A stretch of DNA of 64,000 bases from an uncultured Chloroflexia bacterium (GCA_963823925.1 CAWGNI010000007.1:219333-283332), one strand, 5' to 3'; shown: positions 41,370-51,196, numbered from the stretch's first letter. A program made the numbers and translations. The notes: generated by a model from the sequence alone, not told the origin.

Positions 41370-42725
41370 CTACGGGGCCGGTGACGGTCGCGGGGTCGGC
41401 CACGGCGACGGTGGCTCGCCGGGCGTCGAGAAGAGGCCGGTGGCCATCGTCCGGATCCGGGTGAGGCGCGGCTCCTGCGAGCTTCCGTACTGGCCGATGA
41501 TCCCGTGGACCAACGGCGCCTGGATCACGACGCTCGTCACCCCGTCGCGACCGACCTCGTCGACGATCGCGGCGAGGTCCGGCAGGCGCTCGACCGGGAC
41601 GTCCGTATGGATCGTCTTCCCCACCGCGCGAAGGAGATCCGGAATCTGGAACAGGATGCTGCCGGCCTTCGTCACCTGTGCCTTCAGGGCAAGCAGGATC
41701 TGCTGCTGACGCGCCTGCCTGGTGAAGTCGCTCTCGCCGAGCGCCTTGCGCGAGCGGGCGTAGGCGAGCGCGTCCTGGCCGTCGAGATGGTGCGGTCCGG
41801 CAGTGATGGAGAAGCCCCGATAGCCTCGACCCCACTTCGGGTAGGTCGGATCGTCGAACGAGCGCGGGGCGACGATGTCGACGCCACCGACGGCATCGAC
41901 GATCTTGATGAACCCCCTGAAATCGACCTGGGCGTAGTACTGGATCGGGATCCCGAGGAGGGCGCCGAGGGCGTTCTGGAGCGTTCGCATCCCGCCCGCC
42001 GGGAACTCGTCGGGATGGGCCTCGGCATAGGAATACAGCGAATTCACTTTCGGGCCGAAGACGTTGCCGTCGCCCAACGGGGTGTCGACGAGGTCGCGGG
42101 GGATCGACACGAGCGAGACGGTGTGCCCGACCGGGTCGATCGAGGCGACCATCATCGTATCGGTCAGGTTTGCCGTGTAGGTCCCCCGAGAGTCGATCCC
42201 GAGGAGCAGGATGTTGATGCGCTCGCGGTCGCCTGGAGCCGGCAGTCCACTGCCCCTCGGATCGTCCGTGGCCCCGAGGACGGCGCCGGTGAAGATGCTC
42301 TTGAACGTGTCCCCCAGGAGCGTGCCGTAGCTATAGATGGCGAGGTGGGGGATCACGACGGCGATCGCGATGACGATGATCCCGACGATCCCGAGGCGTC
42401 CGGCGGGACCCGACCGCCGGGTATCCAGAAAGGCCTGGCCGACCGCGACGAGCCGCCACACCAGGAAGACGAGGTTGAGGGTCAGGAGCGTGCCGAGGAC
42501 CTGCGGGTTCACCACCCAGGCGGCCAATCGAGCCGGGGATTGGAGCTGCCACAGGGTGAGCCCGATGGCGAGCACGATCAGCGACGGGATCAGGAAGAGG
42601 GCCGCCAGCGACGGTCGTCGATTGAACGCCTGACCGAGGCCCGGGAGGACCGCCGACAGTCCCGCGGCGGCCAGGCGGCGAAGGTCTGTCGGCCGCGTGT
42701 CTGGCCGGATCCGGGTGGCTTGCAC
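41370..42725 (-). CDS. LytR-CpsA-Psr (LCP) family glycopolymer ligase
   Basis: N-terminal TM helices, then INILLLGIDSR...TDTMMVASIDP...SIPRDL...GGMRTLQNALGALLGIPIQYYAQVDFRGFIKIVDAVGGVDI...DALAYARSRK. Intact. Confidence 0.9.
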   Translation of the reverse strand: MQATRIRPDTRPTDLRRLAAAGLSAVLPGLGQAFNRRPSLAALFLIPSLIVLAIGLTLWQLQSPARLAAWVVNPQVLGTLLTLNLVFLVWRLVAVGQAFLDTRRSGPAGRLGIVGIIVIAIAVVIPHLAIYSYGTLLGDTFKSIFTGAVLGATDDPRGSGLPAPGDRERINILLLGIDSRGTYTANLTDTMMVASIDPVGHTVSLVSIPRDLVDTPLGDGNVFGPKVNSLYSYAEAHPDEFPAGGMRTLQNALGALLGIPIQYYAQVDFRGFIKIVDAVGGVDIVAPRSFDDPTYPKWGRGYRGFSITAGPHHLDGQDALAYARSRKALGESDFTRQARQQQILLALKAQVTKAGSILFQIPDLLRAVGKTIHTDVPVERLPDLAAIVDEVGRDGVTSVVIQAPLVHGIIGQYGSSQEPRLTRIRTMATGLFSTPGEPPSPWPTPRPSPAP

Positions 42726-42965
42726 GCGGGCGTTGACTCCCCTCTGTCATCGAGCGGCTCGAATGGCCGGGCCGAGTCTACCCCGAGATGTCGTCGTGCG
42801 GTCATCCGGGCATGGAGACACCGGGCGATCGATCAGCCTGCCTTGATCGCCCGGCGTCAGGACATGGGACGAGCCGGGCATAGCGCTCGTGACGCGGATC
42901 GTCCGGTCGGACCACTCGCCCGGGTGGTCGGGTAGGATTCGCGAACCAGAAGTCGAGGGATACCG

Positions 42966-43868
42966 ATGAATGAGCGCACCCTCCGGAACATCATCGCCGT
43001 CCTGGTCGTTCTTATCGTCGTCGCCCTTGGCTCGACCGCGTTCGTGATGCTGGGCCGGAACAGCGGAACGGCGACGGCGACCGGCAGTCCGAGCCCGGTC
43101 GCGGAGGGCTCACCGGGGGAGTCCGTGATGCCTTCCGAAAGCGTTGCTCCCGATGAGAGCCCGGCCGCCTCGGCCGACGTGAGCGCCGCGCCGTCGGAGA
43201 CACCGGCCGTGAGTGCGTCGCCCACGCCGCCGCCGGTACCGGTCGCCGCCCTGACCGTCCTCGACCTCAAACTCGACGCGACCGACGACCCAGCCGGGAT
43301 CGATCGCGTCATCACCTTCAAGAGCGATGGACCGGGCACGGTCAAGGCGAAGCTGACCTCGATCTCACCGCAGGGCCTGACGCACATGTGCCTGTTGCTG
43401 GGCAAGAAGGACGTGACCTGCAAGGACCTCGCATCCGGGACGTTCACCGGACAGACATCGCAGGCCCACGCGACCTGGCATGTTTCGCTCCGCGGGGTCG
43501 GCATCTTCGCGCCGGTCGTGAAGGTGCGGGTCACCTTCCACGCGCTCGCCCCCTCGGTCAAGATCGCAAACGCCAGGTTCGACGGGACGGCGTTCCCGGA
43601 CACCAATGGGATCCAGGTCCGCTTCACGGCGCGCTCGGATGGCGATGCTCATCTGGTTGCCGAGTGGGGCGGTCATCCGTTCATCTACGAAGTGGACCTG
43701 TTCGACGAGACGAACGGGACCGGGGACGTGACGCTCGCCGGCCAGGGGCCGTCCACGAACGTCGACCAGTCGTTCCCGGTCGCGCCCGGTGTCTGGCGGC
43801 TGGTCCTCCAGAACGCCGAGGTCGGGTTCGGTACGACCGGGCTGACCGCCACCGTCAGCTGGCCCTGA
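42966..43868 (+). CDS. Membrane-anchored hypothetical protein (Ser/Pro linker + beta-rich domain)
   Basis: GAGGGA lies before ATG 42966. The TM helix is IIAVLVVLIVVALGSTAFVML. The frame is intact. No family was recognised. Confidence 0.65.
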   Translation: MNERTLRNIIAVLVVLIVVALGSTAFVMLGRNSGTATATGSPSPVAEGSPGESVMPSESVAPDESPAASADVSAAPSETPAVSASPTPPPVPVAALTVLDLKLDATDDPAGIDRVITFKSDGPGTVKAKLTSISPQGLTHMCLLLGKKDVTCKDLASGTFTGQTSQAHATWHVSLRGVGIFAPVVKVRVTFHALAPSVKIANARFDGTAFPDTNGIQVRFTARSDGDAHLVAEWGGHPFIYEVDLFDETNGTGDVTLAGQGPSTNVDQSFPVAPGVWRLVLQNAEVGFGTTGLTATVSWP

Positions 43869-43921
43869 TCCAGGGTCATCCGGGCTCGGGGGGATCGGCC
43901 GCGGAGTCGTGCGGGGGCAGC

Positions 43922-43957
43922 AGGAGGCCCCTCGCGTCGCCGCGAGGGGCCTCCTTT
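43922..43957. terminator. Bidirectional intrinsic terminator between convergent genes
   Basis: Perfect 15-bp stem AGGAGGCCCCTCGCG / CGCGAGGGGCCTCCT with a 4-nt loop (tcgc), followed by TT on the + strand. Confidence 0.7.
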
Positions 43958-43979
43958 CAGAAATCGCAGTCGGTGGCGA

Positions 43980-44417
43980 TTAGACGGCGACGGGGGTGCG
44001 TCCGGGTGCCGGGATGACGCCGAGCTGAACCAACATACCCAACTCCTGGATCAGGCCCCAATGCTCCACGACGTGCCCGTTGGCGACGCGAGCGATGTGG
44101 ATCTCGGTCCACGTCGCGTGCTTGCCCGTCGCCGGCATTCCGGCGAAGTCGCCGCGCATCGTGCCGCTGGCCGTGAGACGGGTCACGAACTTGTCGCCGA
44201 CTTCGATCGTATCTTCGATCGTGTAGCGAAGATCCGGGAAGGCCGTCCTCAGCGACGTCACGAACTGCTTGAAACCTTCGCGCGTCGGCGCCATGCCGGG
44301 CTGCGGCATGTGCTCGATGTAGTCGGGCGCATACAGCTCGTCGATGAGTTGCATCCTGCCCTGGTTGTAGATCTCGAGCGGGATACGGTCGAGCTGGGTC
44401 TTGAGGAGCATGGTCAT
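43980..44417 (-). CDS. Ester cyclase (SnoaL-like) family protein
   Basis: MTMLLKTQLDRIPLEIYNQGRMQLIDELYAPDYIEH...FPDLRYTIEDTIEVGDKFVTRLTASGT..GDFAGMPATGKHATWTEIHIARVANGHVVEHWG. The ATG at 44417 is internal to ORF 43980..44576. Confidence 0.8.
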   Translation of the reverse strand: MTMLLKTQLDRIPLEIYNQGRMQLIDELYAPDYIEHMPQPGMAPTREGFKQFVTSLRTAFPDLRYTIEDTIEVGDKFVTRLTASGTMRGDFAGMPATGKHATWTEIHIARVANGHVVEHWGLIQELGMLVQLGVIPAPGRTPVAV

Positions 44418-44538
44418 AAAGGGGACCACCTTTCGCGTGTCGTCGGCACTGCTGCGACGGTGGCCCAGTCTGCGAGGGTTGGTCGCCCTCCCTGGTTTGT
44501 AGCCTCCGGCATCTGGCGCTGGTATGGGAACAGCACTA

Positions 44539-44552
44539 ACACTACATAGTGT
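44539..44552. promoter_or_regulatory. Palindromic operator candidate in the PadR / ester-cyclase divergent region
   Basis: ACACTA-ca-TAGTGT is a perfect 6-2-6 palindrome. It abuts a TATGGT -10-like hexamer (44552-44557) upstream of padR. Confidence 0.45.
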
Positions 44553-44566
44553 ATGGTTCGCTTCGA

Positions 44567-45169
44567 ATGATGTCAACCGAACGACTGACGCCGACCTCCT
44601 ACCTCGTCCTGGGATTGCTGGCGCGCGAGGGGTCCTCGACGCCCTATGCGCTTGAACGGCATGTCGCCGCGACGGTGGGCAACTTCTGGTCGTTCCCGCA
44701 TACGCTTCTCTACAGCGAGCCGGAGCGCCTCGATGGGCTCGGACTGGTGACCGAGACGCGCGAGTCGGACGGTCGCCGTCGGCGCAGCTTCACGATCACG
44801 AAGGCGGGACTCGAGGCGCTGACCGCCTGGCTCGAGCGGCCGGCGCTCGCACGAACGGAACTGCGCGACCTCGGGCTGCTGCAGCTCTTCTTCATGGATC
44901 TGGCCTCCGATCAGGCCCGCCTGCGCCTGGCCCAGGAACAGCTTGCGACCCACCAGGCGAAGCTGTTGGCGTACGAAGGTGATGCACGGATCGAGCGACG
45001 CGCGGGTACCTCGGCTCCAGGGCTGCGGACGGAGGAGCATTGGCGAGGGGCGACCTTGCCGATGGGCGTCCTCTACGAGGCAGCTGCGGTGCAGTTCTGG
45101 CAGGGCGTCATGGACCAGGCTGTCGGGTCAGATCCGGCCAGCGAACCGGACGGAGCGGGGTCAGGGTAG
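44567..45169 (+). CDS. PadR family transcriptional regulator
   Basis: TPTSYLVLGLLAREGSSTPYALERHV...LLYSEPERLDGLGLV...RRRSFTITKAGLEAL is a winged HTH with a C-terminal helical domain. Confidence 0.85.
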   Translation: MMSTERLTPTSYLVLGLLAREGSSTPYALERHVAATVGNFWSFPHTLLYSEPERLDGLGLVTETRESDGRRRRSFTITKAGLEALTAWLERPALARTELRDLGLLQLFFMDLASDQARLRLAQEQLATHQAKLLAYEGDARIERRAGTSAPGLRTEEHWRGATLPMGVLYEAAAVQFWQGVMDQAVGSDPASEPDGAGSG

Positions 45170-45215
45170 GCTCTACGGTACGCGAACGCGACGCGCTAAG
45201 ACCCGAGGACCGAAA

Positions 45216-45497
45216 ATGCGAATGACAGACCTCAAGCCCGGCTGGACGGTGGTCGGGAACGACGGACACCGCGTCGGCACTGTGCGGGATGTAGGCCAGA
45301 ACTACATCGCCACGTCGACGACGGCGCTGTCGGGCGACATCTACGTGCCGGCATCGGCGATCGCCAATGTCGAGCACGACGTCGTGCACCTCTCGGTCCC
45401 GCAACGCGATGTGGCGGGGATGGGATGGGAACAGCCGCCCCGAGACGACGACGCGCTGGCGACATCCCCCGAGTCAGACCTGCATCGGCACGTCTGA
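45216..45497 (+). CDS. DUF2171/PRC-barrel-like small protein
   Basis: MRMTDLKPGWTVVGNDGHRVGTVRDVGQNYIATS...IYVPASAIANVEHDVVHLSV. GAGGAC lies upstream of ATG 45216. Confidence 0.7.
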   Translation: MRMTDLKPGWTVVGNDGHRVGTVRDVGQNYIATSTTALSGDIYVPASAIANVEHDVVHLSVPQRDVAGMGWEQPPRDDDALATSPESDLHRHV

Positions 45498-45665
45498 CCC
45501 CGCCACAGTCGTCGGCCTGCGACGGGAGGCGCTGCGATGCTGTTGCCTGGCGCAAGAAGGGCCTGATGCCACGCACGATCGAGATGGCGTGGCGATACGA
45601 GCGATGAAGGTCCAGTCCCGAACGGCAAGACGTCGAGTATCCTGCGACATTCACGGTCGAATCGG

Positions 45666-45742
45666 CGGGGAGTAGCGTAGCCTGGCAACGCGCGTGCTTT
45701 GGGAGCACGAGATCGTGGGTTCGAATCCCGCCTCCCCGACCA
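45666..45742 (+). tRNA. tRNA-Pro (anticodon UGG)
   Basis: Hand-folded 77-nt cloverleaf. Acceptor CGGGGAG/CTCCCCG; D GCGT/ACGC; anticodon stem CGTGC/GCACG with loop TT-TGG-GA; T stem GTGGG/CCCGC with TTCGAAT; encoded CCA. Confidence 0.95.
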
Positions 45743-45921
45743 TCCTGGTGACGGCGACGCCGCCGCCGCTCTCGGTCGGGGGCGGACGCGTCATCGCGTG
45801 AGCCACTGGTCCTTCTGGCCGGTTGGCCATGGGGTGGCACTGGGCCATACTTGATATTGATGTCATAGGCTCGGCCTCTGGACCAGAGCGGTCTCGTCGG
45901 GAATGACCAAGGAGTCTCCCG

Positions 45922-46977
45922 ATGAAAGCCCTCGTCTACCACGGTCCCGACCGCAAGTCCTGGGAAGAGGTTCCCGACCGCAAGATCATCGAACCGACTG
46001 ATGCGATCGTCCAGATCGACACCACGACGATCTGCGGCACCGACCTGCACATCCTGAAAGGTGACGTGCCCGCCGTCATCGACGGGCGGATCCTCGGTCA
46101 CGAGGGGGTCGGGACGATCACCGAGATCGGGTCTGCCGTCTCCACGCTGGCCGTCGGCGATCGCGTCCTCATCTCGTGCATCAGCGCGTGCGGCGCCTGC
46201 TCGTACTGCCACCAGGGCCTGTACGCCCATTGCCTCGCCGACGAAGGCGCCAGCGGCATCGGCTGGATCTTTGGTCACCTGATCGACGGTACCCAGGCCG
46301 AGTACACCCGGGTCCCGTTCGCCGACAACTCCCTGTACAAGTTGCCAGAAGGCGTCTCTGATGAAGCCGCCGTGATGCTGTCGGACATCCTGCCGACAGG
46401 CTTCGAGATCGGTGTGCGCTACGGCCGGGTCAAGCCGGGCGACGTCGTCGCGGTCGTTGGTTCGGGCCCTGTCGGCCTGGCCGCGATCATGACGGCCGGT
46501 TTGTACGGTGCCGCCAGGATCGTTGCAGTCGACCTCGACGACAACCGGCTCGAGATGGCCAGGAAGTTCGGCGCGACCGACGTCGTGAACAGCGGCAGCC
46601 CCGACTTCATCGACGAGATCATGGCCCTGACCGATGGCCTCGGCGTCGATGTCGCCATCGAGGCCGTGGGCATCCCGGCAACCTTCGACACCTGCGTCAA
46701 GGTCATCCGACCGGGCGGGACGATCGCCAATGTCGGCGTCCACGGCAAGCCGGTGGAGTTGCCCCTCCAGGACCTGTGGATCAAGGACATCGCCATCACG
46801 ATGGGCCTGGTGAGCTGCTCGACCACGCCGATGCTGCTCAAGCTGGTCGCGCAGAAGAAGCTGGCCGCCGAGTTGTTCGTGACCCACCGGTTCACCTTCG
46901 ACCAGGTCCTCGAGGCCTACGATACCTTCAGCCGAGCCGCCGAGACGAAGGCCCTGAAGGTCGTGATCGCTCGCTGA
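45922..46977 (+). CDS. Zinc-dependent medium-chain alcohol dehydrogenase
   Basis: AAGGAG RBS. ICGTDLH, GHEGVG, structural-Zn CxxCxxCxxxxxxxC (CISACGACSYCHQGLYAHC), and Rossmann VVGSGPVGL. Confidence 0.9.
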   Translation: MKALVYHGPDRKSWEEVPDRKIIEPTDAIVQIDTTTICGTDLHILKGDVPAVIDGRILGHEGVGTITEIGSAVSTLAVGDRVLISCISACGACSYCHQGLYAHCLADEGASGIGWIFGHLIDGTQAEYTRVPFADNSLYKLPEGVSDEAAVMLSDILPTGFEIGVRYGRVKPGDVVAVVGSGPVGLAAIMTAGLYGAARIVAVDLDDNRLEMARKFGATDVVNSGSPDFIDEIMALTDGLGVDVAIEAVGIPATFDTCVKVIRPGGTIANVGVHGKPVELPLQDLWIKDIAITMGLVSCSTTPMLLKLVAQKKLAAELFVTHRFTFDQVLEAYDTFSRAAETKALKVVIAR

Positions 46978-47091
46978 CGATCCTGAACGTCGGCGCGCCC
47001 CTCAGCCTCTGTCCTATTCGCGGTAGGACGCGCGACACTGGTGCCATCGGCCGATTTGACCGTTGCGTGTGCCTCCGGCAGAACGGTCGGG

Positions 47092-47097
47092 CATACT
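47092..47097 (+). promoter_or_regulatory. -10-like hexamer CATACT, 6 nt before ATG 47104 (leaderless candidate)
   Basis: A at position 2 and T at position 6. No SD. Confidence 0.25.
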
Positions 47098-47103
47098 GCC
47101 CGG

Positions 47104-48252
47104 ATGGACGCGTCGGACGTCGAAACACCTGGCGAGGCCCCCGAACCGACGCGTGCGGCGGCCATGATCGCCCCCGACGAAGTCCGGGCGCTCCGGGACG
47201 GCTGTGACCGATGCGCTGAACGGCGCCGGGCTGCGAACCGCGGCCGACGGCGCTGGCCGAACTGGCTTCGCTGCCTCCGGCCGATCTCGCGTCCGACATC
47301 TACGGCGACGGTGGCGTGGTCGCCACGCTCGAGACCGAGGTGCGGGAGCTCCTGGGCAAGCCGGCCGCCGTGTTCATGCCGAGTGGGACCATGGCCCAGC
47401 AGATCGCCCTGCGGATCCACGCCGATCGGACGGGTCGACACGTCGTGGCATTCCACCCGACCTGCCACCTCGAGTTGCACGAGGACAAGGCGTATCAGCG
47501 GCTCCATGGCCTGATCGGCCGGACCCTGGGCGATGGACGCGGCCTGCTGACCCTGGCCGACCTCGAAGGCGTGCGCGAGCCGCTCGCCGCGCTCCTGATC
47601 GAGTTGCCGCAGCGGGAGATCGGCGGCCGCCTGCCGGAGTGGGACGACCTCGTCGCCCAGGTGGCGTACGCGCGCGATCGAGGGGCGGCGGTGCACCTCG
47701 ACGGCGCGAGGCTGTGGGAGTCAGGACCCTTCTACGGCCGCCCGCTGTCGGAGATCGCCGGGCCTGTTCGACAGCGTCTACGTGTCGTTCTACAAGGGGC
47801 TCGGCGGGCTGGCCGGCAGCATGCTTCTCGGCGATGAGGCGCTCGTGGCCGAAGCGCGGGCCTGGCGGTCCCGGCACGGCGGGACGCTCTACAGCCTCTG
47901 GCCGTACGCCGCTGCCGGCCTCGTCGGGTTGCGGGCGCGGTTGCCGAGGATGCCCGAGTACGTCGCGCATGCTCGGGCGATCGCCGCAGCGGTGGCGACC
48001 GTTGAGGGTGTCGAGGTCGTGCCCGACCCGCCGCAGACGCCGATGATGCATCTCCACCTGCGCACGAACACAGCAGCCGTCGTCGCCGGGATCCGCCGGA
48101 TGGCGGTCGAACAGCGCCTGTGGACCTGGAGCGGTTCGATGGCCTCGGACACGCCGGGGATCCGCCGCCTCGAACTTACCATCGGCGACGCGACGCTCGC
48201 ATTGAGTCCGGACGACGTGGCCGACACCGTGCGGGCGATGCTCCCGGGCTGA
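47104..48252 (+). pseudogene. Threonine aldolase / beta-eliminating lyase family PLP enzyme, about three frame changes
   Basis: MIAPDEVRALRDGCDR is in the frame of ORF 47041. RPTALAELASLPPADLASDIYGDGGVVATLETEVRELLGKPAAVFMPSGTMAQQIALR...HLDGARLWE is in the frame of ORF 47316. LFDSVYVSFYKGLGGLAGSMLLG... (PLP lysine region) is in the frame of ORF 47782. Frame changes lie near 47210-47240 (probably two) and 47760. Confidence 0.75.
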
Positions 48253-48306
48253 TCCTGCACCTCCGGCGGCGTGCGCGACGGGCCTCGCCGCTGTCAACGC
48301 CCGGGG

Positions 48307-48312
48307 TAGGCT
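48307..48312 (+). promoter_or_regulatory. -10-like hexamer TAGGCT, 6 nt before ATG 48319 (leaderless candidate)
   Basis: TANNNT hexamer, no SD. Confidence 0.3.
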
Positions 48313-48318
48313 CTTCCC

Positions 48319-49245
48319 ATGACCGACACCCGCCGCCCGCTCAAGGTCGGGATCCAACTCCCCGAAGTCGAACGCGATGTCCGCTGGCCGGAGGTGCTCG
48401 ACATGACCCGGGCGATCGAGGACCTCGGGTTCGACTCCGTGTGGGTCGGTGAGCACCTCCTGTACCGCTGGGCCGATCGTCCGGCGCGCGGACCCTGGGA
48501 AGCCTGGACGAGTCTTGCCGCCATTGCCGCATCGACCACGCGGATCGAGCTCGGACCGCTGGTCGCGTGCACCAACTTCCACAATCCCGCGCTGCTCGCC
48601 AAGCAGGCCGCCACGATCGACGAGATGAGCGGCGGCCGGTTCGTCCTGGGTCTCGGGGCGGGCTGGAACGAGACGGAGTTCCGCGCCTTCGGCTACCCGT
48701 TCGACCACCGGATCGACCGGTTCGCGGAGGCGTTCACGATCATCAGCACGCTCCTGCGGGACGGCGCGATCGATTTCGACGGGAAGTGGTACCAGGCACG
48801 GGACTGCGAACTCCTGCCCCGCGGTCCGCGTCCATCAGGCCCACCACTGATGATCGGTTCGACCGGACCTCGGATGTTGCGCCTGACGATGGGCCGCGCC
48901 AATTCCTGGAACGCCTGGTTCAACGCATACGAAAATCGACCCGAGGGCGTCGCGGCGCTCCGCGAACAGGTCGATGCCGCCTGTATCGAGGTCGGCCGGG
49001 ATCCAGCCCAGATCGAACGGACGCTCGCGGTCCTGGTCCGTCTGGGGGGCGGGAGCGGCCGACTCCAGGGCGCCGACGACCAGGACGGTGTCGAGGCGGT
49101 GAGTGGCGAGCCGGCGGCACTCGCGCGGACGCTCCGGCAGTTCGCCGCCGAGGGGATCGGACACGTCCAGCTGGTGCTGGACCCGATCGACCTGGCATCG
49201 ATCCGGCAGGTCGCGCTCGCCCTCGCCGACCTGGACCGCGGGTAG
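48319..49245 (+). CDS. LLM-class (luciferase-like) flavin/F420-dependent oxidoreductase
   Basis: LKVGIQLPEVE..., GFDSVWVGEHL, GRFVLGLGAGWNETEF, and MLRLTMGRANSWN are typical LLM motifs. Confidence 0.85.
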   Translation: MTDTRRPLKVGIQLPEVERDVRWPEVLDMTRAIEDLGFDSVWVGEHLLYRWADRPARGPWEAWTSLAAIAASTTRIELGPLVACTNFHNPALLAKQAATIDEMSGGRFVLGLGAGWNETEFRAFGYPFDHRIDRFAEAFTIISTLLRDGAIDFDGKWYQARDCELLPRGPRPSGPPLMIGSTGPRMLRLTMGRANSWNAWFNAYENRPEGVAALREQVDAACIEVGRDPAQIERTLAVLVRLGGGSGRLQGADDQDGVEAVSGEPAALARTLRQFAAEGIGHVQLVLDPIDLASIRQVALALADLDRG

Positions 49246-49299
49246 CTCCGGCCGGTCCTGCCTCGCGATACCGGGTCCGGACAAGGTCAGATCGCGTGC

Positions 49300-49305
49300 T
49301 AGCAT
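49300..49305 (+). promoter_or_regulatory. Extended -10 (TGcTAGCAT), 6 nt before GTG 49312 (leaderless candidate)
   Basis: tgcTAGCAT followed by ccggcg then GTG. No SD. Confidence 0.35.
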
Positions 49306-49311
49306 CCGGCG

Positions 49312-49815
49312 GTGAAGCAGCCTGAACGCCATGCTCGGCCACGGGCGGCCAATGGACGTTCGTCAGACGATGTCTCGCCGCTCGACAAGCGGATCATCGA
49401 GCATCTCCAGGCCGACGGACGCCGGCCGTTCACCCAGATCGCGGCGGATCTGGGCGTCTCGGAGGCGGCGGTCCGGTCGAGGACGAACCGGCTGATCGAG
49501 CACGGCATCCTCCAGGTGGTCGGCGTGACCGACCCGCTCAAGCTCGGCTTCCACCAGATGGCGATGATCGGGATCCGCTGCGAGGGCTCCAAGCTCGTCG
49601 AGGTCGCGGAGCGCCTGGCGACCATGCCCGAGGTGGACTACGTCGTCATCACGGCCGGCTCGTACGATCTGCTCGTCGAGACGGTCTGCGAAGACAACGA
49701 TGCCCTGCTCGCGTTCCTCGCCGAGCGACTGCGGACGGTCGACGGCGTCCGCGAGACGGAGACGTTCGTCTACCTGCGGCTGGTCAAGCAAACCTACCAG
49801 TACGGCACCCGCTGA
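49312..49815 (+). CDS. Lrp/AsnC family transcriptional regulator
   Basis: LDKRIIEHLQADGRRPFTQIAADLGVSEAAVRSRTNRLIEHGIL (HTH) plus an RAM/ACT-like C-domain. Confidence 0.85.
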   Translation: MKQPERHARPRAANGRSSDDVSPLDKRIIEHLQADGRRPFTQIAADLGVSEAAVRSRTNRLIEHGILQVVGVTDPLKLGFHQMAMIGIRCEGSKLVEVAERLATMPEVDYVVITAGSYDLLVETVCEDNDALLAFLAERLRTVDGVRETETFVYLRLVKQTYQYGTR

Positions 49816-50185
49816 CCCGTTGGAATCGTTGCCTGACCGCACCAGAGGCTCCGGCGTGGGCCCTGATGCACCGCTCGGGTGGATAAGATGACCACCCCTG
49901 CGGGCCGCCCGATGACCCGCATCCACCATCGAGCGAGGACGACTTGCCCGTCGACCCCATCCTGATCCTCGTCGACGGCGGTGCTCGCCGTAAACCTCGT
50001 CGTGATCGTCCTCGTGGTCCCCTTCCCACGACCCAGGACCAGTCGGTCGCGCCGGAACGATCGCCCTGGATCAGAGGGACGGGCGGGCCGCGCAGGAGGC
50101 GGTCATCGCCGGCATCGGCACCGCGGTCACCGACAATGGCGGCCAGGTCCACGCTTACGACCGCGTCGTTCGGATCGTCGCCTGG

Positions 50186-51187
50186 GTGTTCCTCCTGACC
50201 ACCGCCGCCGTGGTCGCCGTGACCGGTCTCTGGCCTGAGACGCAGGAGGCGATCTTCGTCCTGCTCGCCGTCGCGGGCCTGTTCACGGTCGTGGTCCACG
50301 AACTGCTTCCGCCGTCGGTCCTGGGGCCTGCAAAGTTCCCCGTCGAAGGCGCGGCGGCGATCACCGTCGCCACCCTGCTCGTGGCATTGACGGGCGGGGT
50401 CGAAAGTCCGTTCGTCTTCGCGTTCCCACTGGTCGTCGGCGGTGCTGCCCTGGTCGTGACGCCGCTGACCACGGTCGGTCTGGCGACCGCCGCCTCGATC
50501 TGCTACATCCTGGCCGTCATGGCGGGTTCACCCGACAGCACGCCCGGGATGACGGAGGCGTCGATCGTCGCGGTGAACCTCACGGCATTCTTCCTGCTTG
50601 TCTACGCGGCGACCGCGATCGCTCATGCGCAGCGCCGGACCCGGGAGGCGGCGATCCGGCTGTCCACGGTGGATCCCCTGACCGGCCTGTTCAACCGCTC
50701 GTTCTTTTTCGCCGCGATCGATCGTGAGATCGCCCGGAGTGCCCGATCCGGCCGCGGCTTCTGCCTCCTGATGATGGACCTTGACGAACTCAAGGCGATC
50801 AACGACCGACTCGGGCATTTCTACGGCGACCGGGTCCTGCGCACCGTCGGCGAGGTCATCAGCCTGGGGGTCCGACAGATCGACACCGCGGCACGGTATG
50901 GGGGCGACGAATTCGTCGCCCTGCTCCCGGAAACGGATCCGACCGGCGCGTTCGTGCTCGCCGAGAAGATCCGGCTCGGCGTGGGTGCGATGGCGATCGA
51001 TCTGCCCGACGGAGCCCCAAGCCCATCGATCTCGATCGGAGTCGTCTGCTATCCGGAGGACGGGCGGACCTCCGACCAGCTGATCATCGCCGCGGACGGG
51101 GCGATGTACGCGTCGAAGCACGCCGGCAAGGATCGGGTGACCGGGTTCCCGGTCGGGCCGGCGGGCCGTCAGGCGTCCCCGGTGTAG
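50186..51187 (+). CDS. Membrane-anchored GGDEF diguanylate cyclase (N-terminus may extend upstream)
   Basis: Five or so TM helices, then DPLTGLFNRSFF...LLMMDLDELKAINDRLGHFYGDRVL...ARYGGDEFVALL...AMYASKHAGKDRV. The frame stays open upstream to about 50003. Hydrophobic fragments in other frames (49944-50040) suggest a longer, frame-shifted N-terminus. Confidence 0.8.
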   Translation: MFLLTTAAVVAVTGLWPETQEAIFVLLAVAGLFTVVVHELLPPSVLGPAKFPVEGAAAITVATLLVALTGGVESPFVFAFPLVVGGAALVVTPLTTVGLATAASICYILAVMAGSPDSTPGMTEASIVAVNLTAFFLLVYAATAIAHAQRRTREAAIRLSTVDPLTGLFNRSFFFAAIDREIARSARSGRGFCLLMMDLDELKAINDRLGHFYGDRVLRTVGEVISLGVRQIDTAARYGGDEFVALLPETDPTGAFVLAEKIRLGVGAMAIDLPDGAPSPSISIGVVCYPEDGRTSDQLIIAADGAMYASKHAGKDRVTGFPVGPAGRQASPV

Positions 51188-51190
51188 CAT
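51185..51190 (+). promoter_or_regulatory. -10-like hexamer TAGCAT, 6 nt before GTG 51197 (leaderless candidate)
   Basis: The hexamer overlaps the GGDEF stop codon. No SD. Confidence 0.3.
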
Positions 51191-51196
51191 CGCCGG

